A stretch of DNA of 57,657 bases from an uncultured Azospirillum sp. (lineage in GTDB: Bacteria; Pseudomonadota; Alphaproteobacteria; Azospirillales; Azospirillaceae). The position numbers and the translations under genes are program-made. Numbering within the stretch: the first letter of the stretch is position 1; every line of letters starts with the position of its first letter. Positions 46,330-55,057 of the stretch are shown piece by piece. The stretch covers positions 1-57,657 of the forward strand of contig CALGOL010000245.1 of NCBI GenBank assembly GCA_937960755.1, in the 5' to 3' direction. The notes under the pieces are model-generated. The model saw only the letters and a program-made list of their open reading frames with translations. It made no database searches and was not told where the DNA came from.

Positions 46330-48705
46330 TTATTCCAAATATAAGGGGCTTGACTGTTCGGGAGGCGCTTCTTCTGCTTCGCGGATTCCCAAAACTGGCC
46401 AGAATGCCGGGTTCACGATGTAGGTGGCAGCATCGCCCAGTCTGCTGGCTCGGATCTTTAGCAGCTTCACGTCATAGTTGATGTCGTAGATAAAGAACTC
46501 GGTACCCGCTGCCCGCAGCCCGACCACGCCGTAGTAAAGGAGGAAGTCTATGACCCGATCGACTGCATCGACCCCAACACCGGCCTCTGTGATCAATCCC
46601 TTCAATTGCGGTCCCGAGAGCGCGCTCGCCGCATCCGCAAAATGGTAGAGCAGGTTCGGTGCCTCAGGAAAGACGTCTGCTAGTTCATGATCCAATTCAA
46701 CGAGGAGATCCTGTGAGTATGCCTTCAGGCCCTTCACAATATCCTCATCTGTAATCTTCTGGCGGTTGAAGTTAGTTGCAAAGCCGCGGCTGTGGTTGAC
46801 GATTTTAAGGACGTTCCGGGGGCGCATGAGCGAGCGAGCGATGATGTAACTGGAGCTCTCTTCACCGCGCACATGCGACGCGCACACGGTATGCCAGATT
46901 TGATCGAAGGCCATGTCCGCGGCTCGGCCATCGAAGCCGGACACCAGCCGCAGGCGCAGCATCTCCCGCAGCATATCGGTATCCGTCCAATCCAATGGTG
47001 CCCGCATCTCCTTGCCGTAGTCAGCGCTGTTCTTCATCAGATGGTCGTACACGTCGTTTCGGACGAACACGATGCAATGAAATGTATGGTTCGCTTTACG
47101 CATCTCCCGCTCGACCTTGCGGCCAGCATCAATGAGGCAACGGAGTACGATGGCGTCGATCACGTCCACGCCCTGGGTGCTCCAGCCCTTGTCCAAGTTA
47201 TCGAAGAGCACCCAGACGGACTCCTTGCGCTCAAGATAAGCAGAGAGCTTCTGCCGCAACTGCCGGATGTCATGACTGTAGAGGAGTTCCGTCACCTGCT
47301 GTGCGGTCAGCTTGCGGCCGTCTTCCTGTCCGTAGCGCCCTTTGTACTGTTCGGCAATCTGCTGCGACAGCGTCAAAAGGCGCTCTGAGAAGTCACCTTC
47401 CGCCGAGAAGTTACCAACACGGTATGATCCATCGAGATCAAGATAGAGATCGTGAATTTCGTGGTTAAATTTGTACACAGCACGATCCTTCTCGAGGAGC
47501 TTGTACGCGACCTCGAGCAAGATGAGGTACTCCCAGAAGGCGGTAATCAGGTGCTGGCGCGCACCATCGGTGAGATACGAAAGGATGTCTTCCTTCAGCT
47601 TCAGGAGTTGGTAGCCCTCGGGCTTCAGATCGACAACGATGTTACGCCGGTCGGAGCGGACCTTGTCGCGCAGTTGGATGAACAGCGCGGTCTTGCCGGA
47701 TCCCTTACGACCGACCACCAAGTTCACCTCGCCGCGCAACGCTCGCTGGTACTGGTCGGTGCGCAGGTAATAGTTGGCGAGCGTCGTCATCTCATTCTCA
47801 GCGGTAGGGTCGCCTATGCTAAGGGACTGTAGGACGCCGCCGGTCTCAATGGGCGGAGGGTCAGCCTGCTGAAGGTGGTCGGTTATCTCGGGGCAGAAGG
47901 CGGCGACGTGTTCGCTAATGTCATCAGGGTGGCGATAACTCCTCACCGCGTCACGAACGTCTAATGGCGCGTCGTAGCCTGCCGGGGCAAGGAGCAGGGT
48001 CGGTTTCCCCATGCCGTCGGCGAGGCCGGCCACGAACATCGCGCGGATATTATGGACCACGGCGCCATCTACCGATGTCTCTTGGATTAGCATTACGACG
48101 CCCGCGGAGGCGGCGACTTGACGCACAGCGTCGGTAGCGGACAGGCGTACGTCCTCGCTCGGATTGAAGCTGCGATAACGGTAGGCAGCCTTCTTGATTC
48201 GCGAGGTGGTGCGTGTGGCCGCTGCGGTACGCGTCGGCGGTTCGACGATGTACACCGGAGCCTTCCGGTCGAGAGCCGATCCAAAGGCTAGCGGTGTCGG
48301 ATCGATGTGGCTCGCCAAACGGTGCTTAAGGTCATCGTGCGTTTCGTACTCGTGGTAGCCAAGGGTATCGAATATTCCCGCCTCCTTGGCCAAGGCTCGG
48401 TCGCCGTCGATCTTCCGGTGGCGGACTAGGAACGCCCGCTTACCGCGTCCGATTGCGAACCCGACCTCGTATACGACATTGAGGTTCAGGTACGTGATGT
48501 CGGCGACAACAAATATTGACTCGTCGATCCGCGCGAGGATGGGCGATACTAGCGGATTGCCGGCGATGTCATTGAACACCCATGGCTCATACCGGACCTG
48601 CAGGGGCAGTGCGTTCGCATGGGACACACCCTCCCGAATGGTCTGCATCAGCGCTTCGTCGCGGGATGGATAGGCCACAAAAGCGAGAGAGGGCGCGATA
48701 GACAT
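46330..48705 (-). CDS. Sll1717-family P-loop ATPase with N-terminal NDT/TIR-like domains
   Basis: VADITYLNLNVVYEVGFAIG; IGDPTAENE, VVGRKGSGKTALF, VLFDNLDKGW, MRPRNV. Confidence 0.82.
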   Translation of the reverse strand: MSIAPSLAFVAYPSRDEALMQTIREGVSHANALPLQVRYEPWVFNDIAGNPLVSPILARIDESIFVVADITYLNLNVVYEVGFAIGRGKRAFLVRHRKIDGDRALAKEAGIFDTLGYHEYETHDDLKHRLASHIDPTPLAFGSALDRKAPVYIVEPPTRTAAATRTTSRIKKAAYRYRSFNPSEDVRLSATDAVRQVAASAGVVMLIQETSVDGAVVHNIRAMFVAGLADGMGKPTLLLAPAGYDAPLDVRDAVRSYRHPDDISEHVAAFCPEITDHLQQADPPPIETGGVLQSLSIGDPTAENEMTTLANYYLRTDQYQRALRGEVNLVVGRKGSGKTALFIQLRDKVRSDRRNIVVDLKPEGYQLLKLKEDILSYLTDGARQHLITAFWEYLILLEVAYKLLEKDRAVYKFNHEIHDLYLDLDGSYRVGNFSAEGDFSERLLTLSQQIAEQYKGRYGQEDGRKLTAQQVTELLYSHDIRQLRQKLSAYLERKESVWVLFDNLDKGWSTQGVDVIDAIVLRCLIDAGRKVEREMRKANHTFHCIVFVRNDVYDHLMKNSADYGKEMRAPLDWTDTDMLREMLRLRLVSGFDGRAADMAFDQIWHTVCASHVRGEESSSYIIARSLMRPRNVLKIVNHSRGFATNFNRQKITDEDIVKGLKAYSQDLLVELDHELADVFPEAPNLLYHFADAASALSGPQLKGLITEAGVGVDAVDRVIDFLLYYGVVGLRAAGTEFFIYDINYDVKLLKIRASRLGDAATYIVNPAFWPVLGIREAEEAPPEQSSPLYLE

Positions 48706-48823
48706 GATGCCTCAGGTTGATATCAAATGCCCCATTCTCTTATCCGACACCCAGGTTGTCAATATCCCTATCCTGCGTTGGCTCAGTCTGGGCTTCTGCG
48801 TCGACGTTGTGCGAGTATCAATA

Positions 48824-49079
48824 GTCCCCCGTGAAGAACCCGCCTTGAGCAAATTCAGGCGGGTTTTTCGTCGTTTTGGGGTGCAAAGGCGGCTGCCAAA
48901 AACAGGACGACAAACGCCGCCAGCCAGCGGATGAGAAGACGGAAGTTGAAGCCGACGGCGGCGAGGACGGCGTTGATGCGGCCGCCGTCGCGTCCTTTGA
49001 GGAAATTGCGTCCCATACGGCAATCGGCCTTGAGATGGCCGATGATGGGCTCCACTGCGGCGCGGCGCTTCATCTCTCC
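48824..49079 (-). mobile_element. IS5-family remnant (transposase C-terminus and right end)
   Basis: MKRRAAVEPIIGHLKADCRMGRNFLKGRDGGRINAVLAAVGFNF; end-like GTCCCCCGTGAAGAACC at 48824-48840. Confidence 0.8.
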
Positions 49080-49706
49080 TCATGTGGATGCCGGCTTGCG
49101 CCGGCCGCGTTTGCTCATCATGCCACGTTCGCCGTACCGGCGATCAAACCAGCTCGTCGAGCGCCCATACTTCTTCGCCACATCGGCGCGGCTCATGGCG
49201 ACGTTCTCCAGCCAGTCCTGACGCGCCTGGGGCTCAACCTCGGGCGGCAGATCCTTCATCTTCGGGCCACCCTTCACGCCACGCGCGGCTTTCACCGCGG
49301 CGGCTTTGCGGATGCGCTCCCGCTTCAGCGCCGCTTCCGCTTCCGCGGCGTCGTCGAGGATGACGTTGGCCGGCGTCGAGGCGTCGTAGACTTTGCCGGT
49401 ATCCACTGCCAGCACGCCGCAGCCCTTGGCCGCGACCGTGGAGATCGTCCGCACGATATCAATGGCACTGATGCCCAACCGGTCGAGCGACGGCACAACG
49501 ATGCGGCCACCTTCGTGGATCTGGCGGACGATCAAGGTTCGCTCGCCCAGCGCTTCGGAGGCGACCGCCCGGTGTTGCCGCTTCGGAGGGAGCCGGTCGG
49601 CGTAGATCCAATCAGCGCGGATCACGCCAGCCGCCCGCACCGCCGCCTCTTGGGCGTCCATGGTGGGGCCGCTGCGCGTCTCCCGGATATAGCCTCTATC
49701 AGCCAT
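49080..49706 (-). CDS. Serine resolvase-like protein with atypical catalytic motifs
   Basis: GYIRET, IVVPSLDRLG, ERIRKA, C-terminal HTH. Confidence 0.75.
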   Translation of the reverse strand: MADRGYIRETRSGPTMDAQEAAVRAAGVIRADWIYADRLPPKRQHRAVASEALGERTLIVRQIHEGGRIVVPSLDRLGISAIDIVRTISTVAAKGCGVLAVDTGKVYDASTPANVILDDAAEAEAALKRERIRKAAAVKAARGVKGGPKMKDLPPEVEPQARQDWLENVAMSRADVAKKYGRSTSWFDRRYGERGMMSKRGRRKPAST

Positions 49707-49717
49707 CGGAATTTGTT

Positions 49718-49769
49718 AATGTCTCATAACTCGTTTGCCCTTTCAGGGTGCCACGAGTTATGCGACATT
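49718..49769. promoter_or_regulatory. res-like inverted repeat / operator
   Basis: AATGTCTCATAACTCGT-N18-ACGAGTTATGCGACATT (16 of 17 match), directly upstream of the resolvase. Confidence 0.65.
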
Positions 49770-49816
49770 ACAACTACGAACACGGCGCGATGCGCCACCA
49801 ACCGAGGGAGCGGATC

Positions 49817-49978
49817 GTGCAGCGCAAGCCCATCATTATCGGCCACGAATACCGCAAGGTGGATGGCGATCCACGCCCGGTCTATGTCGAGACCACCGAG
49901 CGCAACGGTCGCCTCATCGGCGTCTATGTGGTTGAGTTCCGAAACGCCCAGACGGCGGCCGGACCCGCCCTGGACTGA
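49817..49978 (+). CDS. Small hypothetical protein
   Basis: GAGGGAG RBS before GTG; 53 aa. Confidence 0.4.
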   Translation: MQRKPIIIGHEYRKVDGDPRPVYVETTERNGRLIGVYVVEFRNAQTAAGPALD

Positions 49979-50017
49979 CCTATCCATCAACCGCCGCCAG
50001 TGTCGAGAACCGCATCG

Positions 50018-50359
50018 ATGACCACGCCTGCCCCTTTCGACTGCACTGCCTGCGGCGCCTGTTGCCAGACGAAGTTGTGGGCAGTGCGTGTCGAGCCGGA
50101 CGATTGCACACCGCGGCACCTCACGCGCTCGGTTCGTCATCGTATGGGCTTCGCCAGTTGGGAGGCGGAGGATGGCATGCGTTGCATGCACAGCGTTGGT
50201 GACCGGTGCGCGGCCCTGCGCGGTGAGATTGGTGTCTCTGTCCGCTGCGCCTACTACGCGAGACGGCCGTCAGCTTGCAGTGACTTCCAACCCGGTTCCG
50301 CCGACTGCCTGACCGCGCGTCGGACCGCTGTCGAGATCGAAACCAAGACTGCCGTCTGA
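50018..50359 (+). CDS. YkgJ-family CxxCxxCC cysteine-cluster protein
   Basis: DCTACGACC, RCAALRG, CAYYARRPSAC, GSADC. Confidence 0.85.
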   Translation: MTTPAPFDCTACGACCQTKLWAVRVEPDDCTPRHLTRSVRHRMGFASWEAEDGMRCMHSVGDRCAALRGEIGVSVRCAYYARRPSACSDFQPGSADCLTARRTAVEIETKTAV

Positions 50360-50405
50360 TCATCCACGAAACGCCACCAACCTGCAAATACGAGAAAATA
50401 AGCAT

Positions 50406-50534
50406 ATGGTTTTTATCGACGAACTCGACGACTTGATCTCCAAGACCAAGGCCGACGGGGTCGATTTGGATACCATCATCGCGGATCTGCAGGGGACGGT
50501 TGAAGGGCTGATAGCGGAAATAGACAGTGAATAA
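50406..50534 (+). CDS. 42-aa highly acidic protein
   Basis: MVFIDELDDLISKTKADGVDLDTIIADLQGTVEGLIAEIDSE; below the ORF-track cutoff; weak RBS. Confidence 0.45.
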   Translation: MVFIDELDDLISKTKADGVDLDTIIADLQGTVEGLIAEIDSE

Positions 50535-50568
50535 CCGTCCAGCCCCCCCCCCCGCTGCGGAGATTTCC

Positions 50569-50967
50569 ATGCTGCAGATGTCTCTCTTTCCAGGCACCCC
50601 AACCATGGGCCACAACGGCGGCCCGGCGCTGGATGAGGCTCCCCCGGCCAAGCGTAAGACGATCTGCTTCTCCCAGGCGCCCAGCGTCGCCTCGCTGCTG
50701 AAGCACGCCTGGGGCGCGAGCTGCCGCGTCCGCGACCTGGATGACAAGGCGCTGGTGAACGCCTGGGCCTACAGCCACGCTGCCAACTACATGCAGCGCT
50801 GGAGCATCGACCCGAGGGGCTACAAGCACCGACCGCACCACCACATCCGGTCGCAGATCGCCGATACTGACCGCATCTCCGTGATTGATGCCGAGATGGA
50901 GCGACGCGGCCTCATGGCCCTGTACGAGTTGGACATCGATTTGCAGTCGGCGCGGGCTGCCGCCTGA
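50569..50967 (+). CDS. Hypothetical protein
   Basis: GGAG RBS, strong GC3 bias, MGHNGGP motif. Confidence 0.6.
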   Translation: MLQMSLFPGTPTMGHNGGPALDEAPPAKRKTICFSQAPSVASLLKHAWGASCRVRDLDDKALVNAWAYSHAANYMQRWSIDPRGYKHRPHHHIRSQIADTDRISVIDAEMERRGLMALYELDIDLQSARAAA

Positions 50968-51089
50968 TCCAGAAACCTCCGTCGCCCAACGGGAGCACAA
51001 ACCATGGCCGTGTGCCGAAAAGACATAATGTGGTACGATGCGATGGTTGCCAACTAGCGCGAGATCGCCGCAATTAAGGAGTAAGTGAA

Positions 51090-51305
51090 GTGAGAAAAAA
51101 TTATCTTCCGGACGGAAAGACACTCCTGGAAAGATCTCATGAGAATATATATAGAGGTGAGACAGAAAAGTATAGAGAACAGAAAGAAAACGGCATTGGC
51201 AAGCTGATTGATAGGATAATCCTGGTTTTGCCAGAATTATCCTTCACTGCTTTTTGTATTGCTATAATGATAAATGCCATACTTAAATCAAAATTATTTG
51301 ATTAA
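51090..51305 (+). CDS. Small AT-rich membrane protein
   Basis: AAGGAG RBS, C-terminal hydrophobic segment. Confidence 0.45.
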   Translation: MRKNYLPDGKTLLERSHENIYRGETEKYREQKENGIGKLIDRIILVLPELSFTAFCIAIMINAILKSKLFD

Positions 51306-51570
51306 TAGTCGTAGAAAATTGGCAGGCCATTATGAATACATGACCCGAAGGCAGAGAGCTTTGCTCAGTCAGCGAACTTTCGAAACCGCCGCCATCAGCT
51401 CGCATGGATGATCCCAGCGGGCTTGAGGCAATGAGTGGCCTCTCTATTCTGAGAGAGGTCGTGGTTATTGTGTCGCCACGCGGTCGGCAGAAAAATTCCC
51501 GCGAGGCGTGGTTGAAGATAGGAACCGGTGCGTTCGAGCCCGTTGATTAACTTTCCCAATTCATTCTGAT

Positions 51571-51627
51571 AAATGAGAATAATCTGCATTTTCCAATGTC
51601 GCGGCTCAAGCCCGTCGTGACTAAAAT
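51571..51627 (+). promoter_or_regulatory. Activator box and -10 of dsbA operon
   Basis: AAATGAGAATAATCTGCATTT 51571-51591; TAAAAT at 51622. Confidence 0.65.
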
Positions 51628-51665
51628 AATAATTGACATGAGCATAATCAAGGAGATGCAGCAGT

Positions 51666-52595
51666 ATGCAGATTTTCCAAAAAGCGAGCAACAGCGCTTC
51701 ATGCCGCCCATTCTTTACAAAATTGAGCACAACCTTCATTACCGGACTTTTGGCCGGATTAGCGACAACAGGCGCAGCCTTCGCCGGGGCGCCCGCCGAC
51801 AAAGGCGTTACGATCGCGATCTCCGCACTTCAAGCGGCCATCGCATCCGGGAGCCGAGAGGAATCGGCGGCGGCTTTGAACCTGCTCGAAGCGAGCGTGG
51901 CCAGGCTCGAGAAAGCCGCCAAATCCGAGCAACCGCCGTCAGACCACCTGGACGCCGCCATCGCCGCCTGGATCAAATCCCACCCGGCCGACATAGTCGC
52001 CGCGGTCAACGCCTACATGGCTGAACAGCGAACCGCCAATCAGCCGAAGCTGGAAGACTTTCGCGCCCGCGAGCCTGAAATCTTCGGCGGCGGGGTCTCG
52101 GTCGGCCCAAACGACGCCAAGGCGGAACTGGTTGTTTTCGCCGACTTCAATTGCGGCTTTTGCCGCAAAGCCCAGCCGATGCTGGCGGCGCTGCGCGCTG
52201 CGCATCCTGACCTGAAGATCGTTTACCGCGACTTCCCCATTCTTTCCCCCTTGTCAACCACGGCGGCGCGCGTTGCACGGGCGGCGGGCCTCCAAGGCAA
52301 ATTCCTTGCCTTTCATGATGCGCTTTATGAAATGGATCGTTTCACGGAAGCGGATCTGTGGCGCATCGGCGGAGAACTGGGCCTTGACGTCGAGACCCTG
52401 AAACGGGACGCAGGTTCGACGCAGGTCATTGATGCGGTTGAAAAGGATGGCGCGTTGGCTCGCTCGCTGAAGATCGGCGGCACGCCGTTTTTCCACGTTC
52501 GTGGCCATGATCGGTTGATGCCGGGGCTTGTCTCGATTGAGGACCTCACCCGCGCGATCACCCAAGCGCGGATGACGGGGGAGGGGCGCCGATGA
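51666..52595 (+). CDS. DsbA/Com1-like thiol-disulfide oxidoreductase
   Basis: FADFNCGFCRK, YRDFPIL, GGTPF; signal-like N-terminus. Confidence 0.9.
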   Translation: MQIFQKASNSASCRPFFTKLSTTFITGLLAGLATTGAAFAGAPADKGVTIAISALQAAIASGSREESAAALNLLEASVARLEKAAKSEQPPSDHLDAAIAAWIKSHPADIVAAVNAYMAEQRTANQPKLEDFRAREPEIFGGGVSVGPNDAKAELVVFADFNCGFCRKAQPMLAALRAAHPDLKIVYRDFPILSPLSTTAARVARAAGLQGKFLAFHDALYEMDRFTEADLWRIGGELGLDVETLKRDAGSTQVIDAVEKDGALARSLKIGGTPFFHVRGHDRLMPGLVSIEDLTRAITQARMTGEGRR

Positions 52596-53161
52596 TCCAC
52601 CGACGCAGCAGGGCCTTCGACTTTGCCGCGGCGATTGTCAGCTTCGTGGCGATCTGCGCAAGCGCGAACGTCGCTCTTGCGCAGTCGCCGCCGCTCCCTA
52701 GCGCTGCCGGCGACGGCTGGGGAGCGGCGACGGCGGCCGTCCGCGCCTATTACGCCCGCACGGAGGATCTTTCGACCGTACTGCGGGCGGCGACAGCGCC
52801 TCTGGTCTCCACAGAAGGCCTGATCGTGTTTCAGCCGATCAGGACGGCGGTGAATGGCGAATACAGGGGACGGGAGTGCGATTTTTACCAAAAACTAAAG
52901 ACCACCGACTTCGCTCAAAACCCATACTTCGCCGATGCATCACTCCAGGTGGCGAAGGCGACGCTTCCGCTGCAGCTCATCACCAGAGACGTGATTAGCG
53001 AAATCGGCAGTTACATCGCATACGGGGCGGGAACCGGCGAACCGGCGGCCTGTGTGTGTGAGCCCATGCCGATCAAGGAAGTGACCGAAATCTGTGATCG
53101 TCTTTTTCGCCCGCCTGAAGAACACGATCAAAGCCGATTCATGGCCGCCGGCTTTCGTTGA
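52592..53161 (+). CDS. Exported hypothetical protein
   Basis: Signal peptide ending ALA, four Cys in the mature part, coupled to dsbA. Confidence 0.6.
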   Translation: MIHRRSRAFDFAAAIVSFVAICASANVALAQSPPLPSAAGDGWGAATAAVRAYYARTEDLSTVLRAATAPLVSTEGLIVFQPIRTAVNGEYRGRECDFYQKLKTTDFAQNPYFADASLQVAKATLPLQLITRDVISEIGSYIAYGAGTGEPAACVCEPMPIKEVTEICDRLFRPPEEHDQSRFMAAGFR

Positions 53162-53240
53162 TTTTGAATAGATTTCCTTAATCCGCGTCGTTAAATTGGC
53201 CGCTGAATTGGTGACGGCGACTATGTCGCGTGGAAAGAGC

Positions 53241-54182
53241 ATGACCATCGCTCCAAGACAGACGATAGGCCCTCTGTTGATTTGCGCCGTCGCTTTTCTC
53301 GCGACCGCGTGCGTTTCAGGCGGCGACATAGACCGGCGCAGCCCCGGCGACGCATCCCGAGCGCTTCAGCTTGTCCAAGCGGCCGATCTTCTTGGCTTGA
53401 AGGATGCTGAAGCTCCCCAGTCAGCCGGCACCACCGGCATCTCGCCCACATTGCCCTCCGCCGCCCTTGTCGGCGGGCTGAACGCGCTTAGCCCTCCGTT
53501 CGGCATCAGCAGCGCGGCGGCCGGCGCGCTCGGTTTCGCATCAATGTTTTTCGACGGACCCGGGCCGGCGAGCGCATCAGGAACAACGCTCATTCTCGCC
53601 TGGGCGCCGAAGGAATTGGCGGCTTCAGAAACTGAAGCATGGCGGCTAATTGATTCTCGCGTTCAAGAAGCTCTGGCAGCGGCGCTGCAGGAAACCCGCC
53701 TCCCGGACCGATACCGGGTGGAGCGCACCGAGCGTAAGACCAAATCATATCGCCCGGGCAAGGCGCTTTTCCCCACGGCTTACGACGGCGTCGAGGTTTC
53801 CTGGCGCATCAAAGGCGGCGACTGTGATTTGGAGAAGGTGGCATGTCGCTATGTGGCGGCCCTGCCTGTTCCACCGGTCGAAACGCGAGCGCCGGCGCTA
53901 CTCGGAGGCTATCCGGCTTGGGGATATGTTCGCACGCAAGGCATGGCCAGCATATCGGCCACCTTTATCGATAACCGGGAGTTCCGGTCAAAATTCCGCG
54001 CGGTTTTTCCTGATCTTGAGGTGCTGCGCAAAGCGTCCGCCCGCCTGCCGGAATGGATAGCGATCTATGTTGCGCCTAATACAATGGCGCACCGTAACGA
54101 CTCAGTGGGGGAACCCTCTTTCATCCCGTACCCTTTGTTATTGCAGGGCGGTAAAGCGTTGTTCTTCGTCCGCGGCAGCTAA
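53241..54182 (+). CDS. Lipoprotein, possibly a surface-exclusion (IncC Sfx-like) factor
   Basis: LATA-C lipobox; SRAL...LKDAE, ILAWAP, LPEWIAIYVAP resemble my recollection of the IncC lipoprotein (unverified). Confidence 0.55.
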   Translation: MTIAPRQTIGPLLICAVAFLATACVSGGDIDRRSPGDASRALQLVQAADLLGLKDAEAPQSAGTTGISPTLPSAALVGGLNALSPPFGISSAAAGALGFASMFFDGPGPASASGTTLILAWAPKELAASETEAWRLIDSRVQEALAAALQETRLPDRYRVERTERKTKSYRPGKALFPTAYDGVEVSWRIKGGDCDLEKVACRYVAALPVPPVETRAPALLGGYPAWGYVRTQGMASISATFIDNREFRSKFRAVFPDLEVLRKASARLPEWIAIYVAPNTMAHRNDSVGEPSFIPYPLLLQGGKALFFVRGS

Positions 54183-54376
54183 TACCAGAAGCCGGACAAA
54201 ACCCCGGCGGTCCAGGAGAGCAGTTTTCCCTGCGCCCAAGCAACCCCAGACGCCGTCAATCCTGGGACGCTGAATTCCAGGTACATCCCGGAGCCCATGC
54301 CGACAAGAAAGATAGTCAGCGGCGACCGGGCCAATTGCATCGCGACGCCGAACAAAATGAATCGGACAAACATCAT
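54179..54376 (-). CDS. Small hydrophobic protein downstream of slt
   Basis: 65 aa hydrophobic ORF filling the gap. Confidence 0.45.
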   Translation of the reverse strand: MMFVRFILFGVAMQLARSPLTIFLVGMGSGMYLEFSVPGLTASGVAWAQGKLLSWTAGVLSGFWY

Positions 54377-54408
54377 GTCTGCACCAGCCGGGAAGAGGGA
54401 AGGGGGGC

Positions 54409-54954
54409 CTAAAGTGTCCGCAGATTGAAATAGATGGCCAGCACCCGCCGCCCGTATTTCCGAGCCGTCAGCTCGTCTCCCCAGCAGTTATAGCGACCGA
54501 TCCCCAACTCCAGATCGCCTGGGGCGCGATTGAGCGCTTCACGCAAGATCGATGCGCCGACGCGGACATTGACCGCCGGGTTCAGAAAATCGACAACGCG
54601 CGGAGCTTTCTTGGCGTGGTCCGCCAAATGAATCTGCATCAAGCCGACATCAAGTTTCGCCAACTCGCCCGCCGTCATGCCGCCAAGAATGCGAGCGGCT
54701 TCGCCGTACGTTTCTGGCCGCCTTGTTCGGGACGGCGTCGACAGCGTGAAGGGGTGAGGTTTGACCACATTCCCGTAAACGCGGTGCGATTCTTGTAATG
54801 CCACGGCGTAAAGCATCAGCGGATCAATGCCGTAGTCCTGCCCAGCGTCAGACCACGACGTGCCCGCAAGGGCCAAAGCATCGGCTCCATCAGGCGCCGC
54901 AAAAAGGGCAGTGACAGCGCCTATTGCTGTACAAAATGAACGACGACCGATCAT
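54409..54954 (-). CDS. Lytic transglycosylase (SLT domain)
   Basis: YGIDPLMLYAVALQES, DVGLMQI, NVRVGASIL, GRYN; Tat-like GRRSF signal. Confidence 0.9.
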   Translation of the reverse strand: MIGRRSFCTAIGAVTALFAAPDGADALALAGTSWSDAGQDYGIDPLMLYAVALQESHRVYGNVVKPHPFTLSTPSRTRRPETYGEAARILGGMTAGELAKLDVGLMQIHLADHAKKAPRVVDFLNPAVNVRVGASILREALNRAPGDLELGIGRYNCWGDELTARKYGRRVLAIYFNLRTL

Positions 54955-54999
54955 TTTACATACTTACCATCGGTTATTATTGGGGAGTTCCCAAGGAGC

Positions 55000-55057
55000 A
55001 ATATACTGCGTCGGCGAGCAACGGCGCTACGTCGCAAGATGCGGCTTTTCATCATTT
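55000..55057 (-). promoter_or_regulatory. Activator box and -10 of slt
   Basis: AAATGATGAAAAGCCGCATCT on - (55057-55037); TATATT starting at 55005. Confidence 0.65.

Noticed and set aside
49689-49706. MADRGY as the IS5 transposase DxGY motif
   Set aside because: The rest of the ORF follows serine-resolvase motifs, where GY at this position is expected.
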